Positions 1 to 7,633 are shown, counted from the stretch's first letter. The stretch is DNA of 51,742 bases from Candidatus Omnitrophota bacterium (GCA_018826075.1 JAHKAJ010000018.1:1-51742); one strand, 5' to 3'. Made by a program: numbers and translations. The notes: generated by a model from the sequence alone, not told the origin.

Positions 1-7
1 AGTAGAT

Positions 8-703
8 ATGCTGCCAGAGGCCTATATACCTACCAAGCCTATACGTGATGCAAGATATCTAATGAGATATCGACAAAACTTAATCTATCTGCGTACAAGC
101 ATTAAGAATAGAATACATTCAATAATTGATAATGCCGGTATCCAACAATCATTCTCAGACCTTTTCGGTAAAGGAGGTAGGCAATTCCTTATTCAATTAG
201 ACTTAAGGCAACCTTATAAATCTATAATTGATAATTACCTGTCTGTAATAGCTGACTTAACTAACCGGATAAATAAAGTCGATAGCCAATTACGCCAATC
301 TTTAAGAAAAGATAAACAAGTCCAGCTTTTAACTACTATTCCCGGCATAGGTGTTATTACCGCTCATGTAATTTTAGCCGAAACCGGAGATATCAATAGA
401 TTCCCTAATCATCATAAGTTTGCCAGATACATTGGTATAGTTCCTTCTCTGCACCAGAGCGGGCAGGTATTACATAGCGGCCATATAACTAAACAAGGTA
501 ATAAATATCTAAGAACTGCCTTTGTTGAATCAGCTCAAACAGCTATCCGTAGAGATCCTTATTTAGCGGTTAAGTTTAATAAAATAAAAGCTAAGAAAGG
601 CTATGGTGTGGCAATAGTTGCCATAGGGCATAAATTAGCTAAATCAGCATATGTGGTTTTAAAGAATAAAGAAGAATATAGGTATCGTTCTCTTAATGGG
701 TAA
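8..703 (+). CDS. IS110 family recombinase/transposase, 5'-truncated by the window edge
   Basis: TIPGIG, QSG catalytic-serine motif, GNKYLR. 23 differences in 231 aa from the copy at 2667 (manual count). Confidence 0.93.
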   Translation: MLPEAYIPTKPIRDARYLMRYRQNLIYLRTSIKNRIHSIIDNAGIQQSFSDLFGKGGRQFLIQLDLRQPYKSIIDNYLSVIADLTNRINKVDSQLRQSLRKDKQVQLLTTIPGIGVITAHVILAETGDINRFPNHHKFARYIGIVPSLHQSGQVLHSGHITKQGNKYLRTAFVESAQTAIRRDPYLAVKFNKIKAKKGYGVAIVAIGHKLAKSAYVVLKNKEEYRYRSLNG

Positions 704-830
704 GGCCGTTAACAAGTCTGGCTCAATTTAGAAGCCGTTGGATTGATTGGCATACCCTGTCATGATCATTATAGTGCGCATAAGTTCGCCTTGTGAGCGG
801 AATATAGCGCGAATAGATGAATTGGCTGAT
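698..830 (+). ncRNA. Bridge RNA/seekRNA of IS copy 1
   Basis: GGGTA/TACCC-closed stem with TAACAAGTC (710-718) and TGGATTG (739-745) matching the attC target. Second stem carries ATAGATG (813-819) matching the element's own end. Boundaries approximate. Confidence 0.8.
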
Positions 831-898
831 TTTATTTAGTTGTATTAATGCTTAGGAGGTTTTTATGTGATTCTGCTTGACAGGTGTTTTCATAGATG

Positions 899-909
899 AT
901 TTGTTATGC
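899..909 (-). other. attC inverse core (R'') and spacer of the Fic cassette, interrupted by IS copy 1
   Basis: Minus strand reads TAG-CATAAC AAAT CA. The fic stop codon overlaps GCATAAC, the usual position for a cassette ORF stop. Confidence 0.8.
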
Positions 910-2255
910 TATTTTTTAAAAAGCTCTTTTATCTTCTCGGTGGCAAAATAGCATGCCTTTTTCCGATTTCTTTTTAAAAAAACAAAATTTTGCTCTAGTA
1001 AATTTTGCAAATCTCTAATAGCTGTACTTTTAGAAATCTGATAATGATTCATGTGCATTGTTGGGGTTGTATACTCATCTTCATTTTCGTAATAATATTG
1101 TAAAAGTTGTATCTGACGCTCATTCAAATCGTAGTTGGATTTTGCTTTCATATTCATTCTTTTGTTTCTATAAGATACTTTTTGTATGTATCTCTCAAAA
1201 TCCTTCATAGCTAATTTAACCTTTCTGACATTATAGTCAATAAAATAAGTCAAATCTAAATCATCCTGTTCGCTATATACATAAGATTTAGCGTATTGAG
1301 AAGGAGATTTTCTAATCATTGTTGATATAGGAAGATATGAAAACGCCCAATAACCTTTACTTAATAGGTACCAGTAAAATATTAAACGAGCTAATCTTCC
1401 ATTGCCATCAGTAAATGGATGTAAGTATCCAACCCAAAAGTGTAACATAATTGCTTTGATTACTGGGTGAAGGAAATGACCTTCTGAACTGTCGTTAGCA
1501 AAATCTATAAAGCGTTTAATTTCGCTTTCCACAAAGGTAATTTTTGGAGGCGTGTGGTATGTAAATTGCCCTAAGGTATCTTCAACTACAATATTATCGC
1601 TATCTTTTCTAAAACAGAATAATTCTTTTTTCGAAACAGTATTTTTTACAATCATTGAGTGTAGTTCAAACAATAGATCTATGCCTAATGGTTTATTTTT
1701 GAAATCTTCTTTAATAGCTTTCATGGAGTTGTAATTATTTAAAATCATGTGTTCGTTTTCCGTATGTGGTTTTCTTCCCTCAGAAAGAAATTTCTTGGCG
1801 AGCTTACGCGTTGTGCTCGCGCCTTCGAGTTGTGATGAAGCGATAGCTTCTTCAATTATTCCACGGGAAATAAATTTCATTTCATTTTTTTCATCTATAT
1901 CAGAACCGCTTAAAGATAAATGTCCTCCTGTATTTAAGTCTATTCTGTGAATGAATTCCTCCAGTTTTGGTAAATGCGCATACCAACGAAAAAACTTACC
2001 GTCTTCATTCATTATTACAGTGGGAGATGATTTAAGCCATCGAGAGAATTTAATTGCTGCCCATATTTTTTCGATGGGAGCCTTAGAGGAAAACTTTTTG
2101 TATTTTATTTTATCCCAATACAAGTAAGAAGGGTGCGATGTTTCAAATAGAATTTGATCAAAATTATTTTTTTCTTTTTCAAACATGTAATCAAAAATTT
2201 CTTTTTGATCAAATATTGAAATATCAGGTTTTTCTAAAATGTATGGTTGAGACAT
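909..2255 (-). CDS. Fic family protein (class II-like) with C-terminal HTH
   Basis: HPFTDGNGRLAR catalytic motif, N-terminal SSQLEG inhibitory motif, C-terminal ISKSTAIRDLQNL HTH. Confidence 0.92.
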   Translation of the reverse strand: MSQPYILEKPDISIFDQKEIFDYMFEKEKNNFDQILFETSHPSYLYWDKIKYKKFSSKAPIEKIWAAIKFSRWLKSSPTVIMNEDGKFFRWYAHLPKLEEFIHRIDLNTGGHLSLSGSDIDEKNEMKFISRGIIEEAIASSQLEGASTTRKLAKKFLSEGRKPHTENEHMILNNYNSMKAIKEDFKNKPLGIDLLFELHSMIVKNTVSKKELFCFRKDSDNIVVEDTLGQFTYHTPPKITFVESEIKRFIDFANDSSEGHFLHPVIKAIMLHFWVGYLHPFTDGNGRLARLIFYWYLLSKGYWAFSYLPISTMIRKSPSQYAKSYVYSEQDDLDLTYFIDYNVRKVKLAMKDFERYIQKVSYRNKRMNMKAKSNYDLNERQIQLLQYYYENEDEYTTPTMHMNHYQISKSTAIRDLQNLLEQNFVFLKRNRKKACYFATEKIKELFKK

Positions 2256-2269
2256 AGCTTATGTGATTT

Positions 2270-2445
2270 TAGGTGTCATTGTTGTTCATTTGACACCTAA
2301 ATAATAACATATAGACATTTTTTTGTCAAGATGAGTTTCTTTGACACCTATATGACACTTATACGAGACTCATTTCGGGGGGCGATAATAGAGATTTCGT
2401 ATTATAGGTGTCATTGATATCTATATGACACCTATTTGACACCTA
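2270..2445. repeat. Cluster of TGACACCTA 9-mers in direct and inverted orientation
   Basis: Inverted copies 2270-2278 and 2405-2413. Direct copies at 2291, 2342, 2426 and 2437. Variants at 2353 and 2415. Confidence 0.85.
2301..2329 (-). promoter_or_regulatory. sigma70 promoter of fic
   Basis: Minus strand TTGACA-17 bp-TATTAT with TGn extension. Confidence 0.75.
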
Positions 2446-2452
2446 TTTTCGT

Positions 2453-2523
2453 GTATAACATAGAAATCAGCGGCTGGACGAACCCGCGAACCTAGAGAGC
2501 AGCAAATACAGTCCGCTGGATTG
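2453..2523 (-). other. attC site (L'', L', R'); its R'' is displaced to 3868-3878 by IS copy 2
   Basis: Reconstructed 82-bp minus-strand site: GTCTAAC aaagc AATCCAGCGGACTG...CAGCCGCTGATT tctat GTTATAC. Contains the two unpaired bases (extra C and A on the top strand) typical of attC. Confidence 0.9.
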
Positions 2524-2666
2524 ATAGTATGAAAACGCCTCCTGTCAGCGGGTCGTGCCAGACCTCGTAGAACGAGGTACAATATTTACGAGCTCGTAAG
2601 GACAGGCCTTACGGCTCACTAGGTTTAACCTAAACGGCCTCTTCGCCGCTAAACCAGGAGGTGTAT

Positions 2667-3680
2667 ATGCATTACATTGGTGTTGACCAGCACAAGAAAT
2701 ACAGCTACGTAGTTGTAAAAGATCAACGAGGCACTAAGCTTAATCAAGTAAAATTATACCACGCAGATAAGGAGAATATGAAGGATTATTTTAAGGCTAT
2801 ACCGGAAGGCTCAATTGTAGCCCTGGAAACCTGCGGTTTTGACCATTGGCTGACCGATATGTTTGGAGAGCTGGGCCTATCGGTGAAGCTGTCTCATACT
2901 GCTAAGACTAAGGCTATTGCCGAGGAGAGAATCAAAACCGACAAGATAAGCGCTTCTGTATTAGCTGATTTACTTAGAGTAGACATGCTGCCAGAGGCAT
3001 ATGTACCTACTAAGCCTATACGTGATGCAAGATACCTAATGAGATACAGACAAAACTTAATCTATTTACGTACCAGTATTAAGAATAGGGTACACTCAAT
3101 ACTAGATAATTCCGGCATCCAACAATCTTTTAGCGATCTATTCGGTAAACAAGGTAAGCAATTCCTTATTCAGTTAGATCTAAAACAACCTTATAAGTCT
3201 ATAATTGATAATTACCTGTCGGTAATAGATGATTTAACCGGCAGAATTAATAAAGTCGACAACCAATTACGTCAGAAACTAAAGAAGGATAAACAAGCAC
3301 AGCTCTTAACTACTATTCCAGGAATCGGAGTTATTAGTGCTCATGTGATTCTTTCCGAAGTAGGCGATATTAACCGATTTCCTAATCACCATAAGTTTGC
3401 CAGGTATATCGGCATAGTGCCTTCCTTGCATCAGAGCGGTCAGATACTCTACCATGGCCATATAACCAAGCAAGGCAACAAGTACCTAAGAACTGCTTTT
3501 GTTGAATCTGCTCAAACCGCAATAAGAAGAGACCCTTATTTAGCGGTTAAGTTTAATAAGATTAAAGCCAAAAAAGGCTATGGAGTAGCTATTGTGGCTA
3601 TAGGGCATAAGCTGGCTAAATCAGCTTTTGTTGTTCTAAAGAAGCAATGTGAGTATAGATATCGTTCTCTTAATGGGTAA
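2667..3680 (+). CDS. IS110 family recombinase (RuvC-like N-terminal domain plus Tnp domain)
   Basis: YIGVDQHK, VALET, KTDKISA, QSG. Start moved to ATG 2667, 5 nt after AGGAGG. Confidence 0.95.
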   Translation: MHYIGVDQHKKYSYVVVKDQRGTKLNQVKLYHADKENMKDYFKAIPEGSIVALETCGFDHWLTDMFGELGLSVKLSHTAKTKAIAEERIKTDKISASVLADLLRVDMLPEAYVPTKPIRDARYLMRYRQNLIYLRTSIKNRVHSILDNSGIQQSFSDLFGKQGKQFLIQLDLKQPYKSIIDNYLSVIDDLTGRINKVDNQLRQKLKKDKQAQLLTTIPGIGVISAHVILSEVGDINRFPNHHKFARYIGIVPSLHQSGQILYHGHITKQGNKYLRTAFVESAQTAIRRDPYLAVKFNKIKAKKGYGVAIVAIGHKLAKSAFVVLKKQCEYRYRSLNG

Positions 3681-3805
3681 GGCTGTTAACAAAGCTGGCT
3701 AGATATAAGCCGTTGGATTGATTGGCATACCCGGTCATGATCATTATAGTGCGCATAAGTCCGCTCTTTACGCGGAATATAGCGCGAATAGATGAATTGG
3801 CTAAT
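3675..3805 (+). ncRNA. Bridge RNA/seekRNA of IS copy 2
   Basis: TAACAAAGC (3687-3695) is the reverse complement of the right target flank 3867-3875. TGGATTG (3714-3720) equals the left flank 2517-2523. ATAGATG (3788-3794) equals the donor end. Confidence 0.85.
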
Positions 3806-3871
3806 TTATTATTTAATTCAGAAGGAGGTTTTTATGTGACTCTGCTTGACAAGCGTTTTCATAGATGCTTT

Positions 3872-3906
3872 GTTAGACATTTTTTATTCATTTTATTATG
3901 TCTAAC
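3872..3906 (-). other. Minimal ORF-less cassette GTTAGAC-21 nt-GTCTAAC
   Basis: Perfectly complementary core and inverse-core pair 21 nt apart; the inverse core belongs to the IS-split attC. Confidence 0.6.
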
Positions 3907-3971
3907 AATTAATATCCGACCATTTTGATTTATGGGTTAGAGGTAAGATAGGGCCGTTTGCCCTTAAAATT

Positions 3972-4000
3972 AATATACCTCTAAAAGTGAATAAATTCAA
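3972..4000 (-). promoter_or_regulatory. Pc-like sigma70 promoter facing the cassette array
   Basis: Minus strand TTGAAT-17-TATATT; near-identical copy at 51018-51046. Confidence 0.65.
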
Positions 4001-4159
4001 GCCTTTTAAGTTTTTTTGAAAAATTCTGAAAGAATTTTACTTTCCAAAACGTCTGCATATATGGAGATAGCCATAAAAAAGGATGATCCGGACATCCTAA
4101 AAGAGGTTGAGAAACCGGCCGCAGTATGGTATCTTATTAGCGGTACAAAGGATTGAATC

Positions 4160-4915
4160 ATGAAGCAAGCTAAAGCCCAAGTCAAAGAAGCGGTTAAAAT
4201 AAAGAGTAATATTTACCTTCTGAAAATCCATTCGCCTTATTTGGCTAAAAAATCACAACCCGGCCAATTTCTCCATTTGAAAATAAGTTCGGTAATCCTG
4301 CGGCGGCCTTTTAGTATTCACAAGGTAGAAGGCAATACAGTTTTTATTCTGTTTCGGGTTCGCGGCCGGGGCACTAAAGCTCTTTCGCAGATTAAAAAGG
4401 GAAAAGTTTTAGACATCATCGGTCCCCTGGGTAAAGGGTTTGATTTCAAAAATAACCGGGAAAATATTTTAATAGCCGGAGGGATCGGAGTCGCTCCTTT
4501 AGTTTTTCTGGCCCAAAAATTAAAAGGAACTAAAAATTTAGTTTTGTTAGGCGCTAAAAATAAATCCGAAGTTATTTGCGAGAACGAATTTAAGAAATTA
4601 GGTTTTGCGGTAAAATTAGCCACTGACGACGGCTCGCGCGGTTACAAAGGTACAGCAATCAGTTTGTTAAAACATATTCTACGGACGACGGACGACGGAC
4701 GACGGACGACGATTTACGCTTGTGGCCCCAAAGAGATGTTTTTAGAAATAAGTAAAGTTTTAAAAAAGTACCCGCGGATTAACTGCCAGGTTTCCTTTGA
4801 GCAGTTTATGGGCTGCGGCTTAGGCATTTGCTGTGCCTGTGTGATTGAAACCAAGAATGGATATCAGAAAGTCTGTAAAGATGGCCCAGTATTTGACATT
4901 AAAGATATATGGTAA
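4160..4915 (+). CDS. pyrK: Dihydroorotate dehydrogenase electron transfer subunit
   Basis: LRRPFS, AGGIG, CGP, MGCGLGICCAC...VCKDGPVF. Confidence 0.93.
   Translation: MKQAKAQVKEAVKIKSNIYLLKIHSPYLAKKSQPGQFLHLKISSVILRRPFSIHKVEGNTVFILFRVRGRGTKALSQIKKGKVLDIIGPLGKGFDFKNNRENILIAGGIGVAPLVFLAQKLKGTKNLVLLGAKNKSEVICENEFKKLGFAVKLATDDGSRGYKGTAISLLKHILRTTDDGRRTTIYACGPKEMFLEISKVLKKYPRINCQVSFEQFMGCGLGICCACVIETKNGYQKVCKDGPVFDIKDIW
4681..4712 (+). repeat. Tandem heptamer (ACGGACG)x4 inside pyrK
   Basis: acggacg acggacg acggacg acggacg acga, encoding RTTDDGRRTT. Confidence 0.9.
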
Positions 4916-4960
4916 AAGGCACTAAACTATTGTTTGAAAGACGAGCCAAAATAGAATAGA

Positions 4961-5875
4961 ATGGGGAAGATGAGTTTGAAAGTAAAATTGGGCAAATTGG
5001 AACTTTCCAGCCCCCTGATTTCGGCTTCCGGGACTTTTGGTTTTGGCGAAGAGTTAAGGGGGTTGGCTGATTTTAAAGCCATTGGGGCAATTACGACTAA
5101 AACTCTAACTCTCTCTCCCCGAAAGGGTAACCCACCGCCACGCATCTATGAAACTGAACAGGGGGTAGTCAATTCGATCGGCTTAGAGAATCCAGGGGTA
5201 GATGTTTTTATCAAGGATAAACTGCCTTTAATCCGCAAACTCCCCACTAAATGCCTTGTTAGCGTAGGCGGTTTTTCTCGAGAGGAATACCAGGAGTGCT
5301 TAACTAAGCTGGATAAGCAAAAGGGTGTGGATGGTTTTGAAGTAAACCTTTCCTGTCCTAACTTACGGTTAAAAAAATTAGTTTCTCAAAGTGCCCAGGC
5401 AACTTATAAACTGACCAAGGCTTTACGGAAAGCGACCAGAAAGACTTTGATCGTAAAAATTACCCCTGAGGTGACTGATGTCGCGGAGGTGGCTAAAGCC
5501 GCTGAGCGTGCTGGAGCCGATGGTATTGCCTTGGTGAATACTTTTTTTTCGATGGCCATCAACATTGATACTAAAAAGCCTTATTTGGGTAATATCTACG
5601 GTGGTTATTCAGGCCGGGCAATCAAGCCAATGAGTCTTTATCGAGTCTGGAAGGTAGCTGGATCAGTGCGGATACCAGTAATCGGCGGCGGTGGAATAGA
5701 AACAGCTCAGGATGTAATAGAATTTATTTTAGCCGGGGCAACTGCAGTGAGTCTGGGAACCATAAACTTGGTTGAACCCAATGCAGCCGCAAAAATCCTT
5801 AAAGGGATTAAGAGTTATTTAACCAGGAAAAAGATAAAAGATATAAAAAGCTTAAGAGGAGGCTTGATTGTCTAA
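4961..5875 (+). CDS. pyrD: Dihydroorotate dehydrogenase family 1B
   Basis: ASGTFG, NSIGLENPG, NLSCPN, GGYSG. Confidence 0.95.
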   Translation: MGKMSLKVKLGKLELSSPLISASGTFGFGEELRGLADFKAIGAITTKTLTLSPRKGNPPPRIYETEQGVVNSIGLENPGVDVFIKDKLPLIRKLPTKCLVSVGGFSREEYQECLTKLDKQKGVDGFEVNLSCPNLRLKKLVSQSAQATYKLTKALRKATRKTLIVKITPEVTDVAEVAKAAERAGADGIALVNTFFSMAINIDTKKPYLGNIYGGYSGRAIKPMSLYRVWKVAGSVRIPVIGGGGIETAQDVIEFILAGATAVSLGTINLVEPNAAAKILKGIKSYLTRKKIKDIKSLRGGLIV

Positions 5876-6527
5876 ACCCTGGAATAAACTCATTGTCGCC
5901 TTGGACGTAACTTCGGAGAAGAAGTTTAAAAAGATAGTGGCCCAACTTTCGCCGAAAGTTAAATGCTTCAAGATCGGTTTAATCGCCTACACTCGGTTTG
6001 GACCTAAGATCATCCGGGAGGTTAAAAGAAGAGGCGGTAAAGTATTTTTGGATTTTAAACTTTATGATATCCCTAACACCATGGTAGAAACCGCTAAGGC
6101 CTTTGTTGATTTGGGAGTTTGGGCTTTTACCGTGCATCTAAAGGCCGGAGAAGCGGCCTTAAAATATTTAAAGCGAGAAGTCAGAAAGCAAGCTAAGCAC
6201 AAGAAGAAAAAGGCGCCTTTAATTATCGGAGTGACTGAATTAACTTCTAAAAAGGCATCCTTAAGCCAGGTTTTAAAATTAGCTAAGGTAGCCAAACGAT
6301 CCGGAGTAGATGGGGTAGTTTGTAGCGTCTGGGAAGCTAAGAAAATTAAACAAAAGTTCGGCTTAAAAACCATAACCCCGGGGATAAGGGTAAGGAAAAC
6401 TGGGGATGATCAGAGAAGAGTGGCTACCGTTAAGGAAGCTTTGCAGAATAAAGTTGATTACTTTGTAGTTGGCCGGCCAATCGTAGCCAAGAAAAACTAT
6501 TTGCAAGCAGCCAGAGAGCTTATATAA
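5868..6527 (+). CDS. pyrF: Orotidine-5'-phosphate decarboxylase
   Basis: DFKLYDIPNT, TPGIR, VVGRPI. Confidence 0.95.
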   Translation: MSKPWNKLIVALDVTSEKKFKKIVAQLSPKVKCFKIGLIAYTRFGPKIIREVKRRGGKVFLDFKLYDIPNTMVETAKAFVDLGVWAFTVHLKAGEAALKYLKREVRKQAKHKKKKAPLIIGVTELTSKKASLSQVLKLAKVAKRSGVDGVVCSVWEAKKIKQKFGLKTITPGIRVRKTGDDQRRVATVKEALQNKVDYFVVGRPIVAKKNYLQAARELI

Positions 6528-6536
6528 TTAGATACT

Positions 6537-7139
6537 ATGGATGTAAAGCTAGATAGCCTGATTGCCAAGATCAAGAAAGACGGAATAGAGGAAGCTAGGA
6601 AAGCCTCCCGGGAAATTACCGAGCAGGCCCAAAAACAGGCTTCAGAAATCATTGCTTTAGCCCGTAAGCAAGCCGAGGCCATAGTCTTTCAGGCAAAAGA
6701 AGAGGCTGGAAAAGTTAAGTTTAACGGCGAGAGCTCTTTAAGACAGGCAGCCAGGGATTTGCTGCTTACCTTGAAAGTTGAGATTTCCAGTCTTCTTGAA
6801 AGCCTGATCAAGCAGCGGGTTTCCCGGGAGCTTGAGCCGGATTTTTTGCAAAAATTGATCATCAAAATCGTTGAAGCCTGGACTGATAAAAAAGACGCAG
6901 TTTTAGAGGTTTTGGTAAGCAAGCAGGATAAGATTAAGCTTGAATCTTTGCTGCAGAGCGAATTAAAGGCCAAAGCCAAGGAAAAAGTAGAGATAAAAAT
7001 CAACCCGGCGATTGATAAGGGGTTTCGGATCGGTTTGAAGGGAGAAGATTTGCATTATGATTTTACCGAGGAAACCCTCAGCGATACTTTTAAACAATTT
7101 TTAAATCCCGCCATAGCTGCAATGCTTGATGCTAAATAA
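6537..7139 (+). CDS. V/A-type ATPase subunit E
   Basis: Coiled-coil N-terminus; GFRIG...YDFT C-terminus; first gene of the operon. Confidence 0.85.
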   Translation: MDVKLDSLIAKIKKDGIEEARKASREITEQAQKQASEIIALARKQAEAIVFQAKEEAGKVKFNGESSLRQAARDLLLTLKVEISSLLESLIKQRVSRELEPDFLQKLIIKIVEAWTDKKDAVLEVLVSKQDKIKLESLLQSELKAKAKEKVEIKINPAIDKGFRIGLKGEDLHYDFTEETLSDTFKQFLNPAIAAMLDAK

Positions 7140-7633
7140 TGGATAAATATTATTATTTTGTATCTCAGCTGCCGGCTTTAATCTTTGACCAAAAGCCCCA
7201 GGTAAGCCGGGATTATTTTTTAAGTCAGGCCAGCCAGTGGTTGGGAGAAGGCGAATTCAAGCATTTTGAGTCTATCAGCCTCAATAATTTCATGATGGTT
7301 AGTGGAGAACCGAAAGCCCTGACTGCTTATAAACAGTTTGAGCTCAACTTACGCCGGGAATTAACACTTTTCCGCCAAGCTAAACAACAAGGTGGCAGTT
7401 ATCAGAGCAGCGGGTTTAATTTAGTAGTAGATAATAGTTCACCGCTGGAAGCCGAAAGGAAATTGTTGTTATTGCGTTGGAATTTTATTCAGGAACAGGA
7501 GTCTGGCCACCATTTTGATTTAACCTGGCTTATTCTCTATTTTTTAAAACTGCAAATTTTAGAAAGGTTATTCAGTTTCGATAAAGATAAAGGCTTAGTT
7601 CTTTTTGATCAGCTTTCGGTAGCGAGAATATGA
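7139..7633 (+). CDS. V/A-type ATPase subunit C-like protein (DUF2764)
   Basis: YYYFVSQLP, HHFD, YFLKLQILER; position between subunits E and A. Confidence 0.75.
   Translation: MDKYYYFVSQLPALIFDQKPQVSRDYFLSQASQWLGEGEFKHFESISLNNFMMVSGEPKALTAYKQFELNLRRELTLFRQAKQQGGSYQSSGFNLVVDNSSPLEAERKLLLLRWNFIQEQESGHHFDLTWLILYFLKLQILERLFSFDKDKGLVLFDQLSVARI

Larger units (their letters stand above)
1..898 (+). mobile_element. IS110 family (IS1111 group, attC-targeting) element, copy 1; left part lies outside the window
   Basis: Transposase C-terminal part plus a ~195-bp right end homologous to copy 2. Ends TTGACAggtGTTTTCATaga|TG, directly abutting an attC inverse core (GCATAAC on the minus strand, 909-903). 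Confidence 0.9.
903..2459 (-). mobile_element. Integron gene cassette carrying a Fic gene
   Basis: Starts at GTTATAC (minus, 2459-2453) and ends at the near-complementary GCATAAC (909-903). AT-rich, single ORF. Confidence 0.8.
2522..3867 (+). mobile_element. Complete IS110 family (IS1111 group, attC-targeting) element, copy 2
   Basis: Perfect subterminal IR TATGAAAACGC (2528-2538) / GCGTTTTCATA (3853-3863). TG core at both ends (2522-23, 3866-67). Long right non-coding end. Removing the element restores an attC. Confidence 0.93.

Noticed and set aside
2270-2445. CRISPR array or plasmid iterons
   Set aside because: Repeats are 9 bp, mixed in orientation and without unique spacers; no cas or rep gene.
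1-3867. Ordinary composite transposon carrying fic
   Set aside because: The IS copies differ at many synonymous sites and each sits in its own attC. Independent targeted insertions explain the layout better.
3722-3928. 68-aa ORF after the transposase
   Set aside because: It overlaps the bridge RNA, IS end and attC, and the frame is not preserved in copy 1.
3907-4159. Integron integrase next to the array
   Set aside because: No ORF or tyrosine-recombinase motif here or anywhere in the window.
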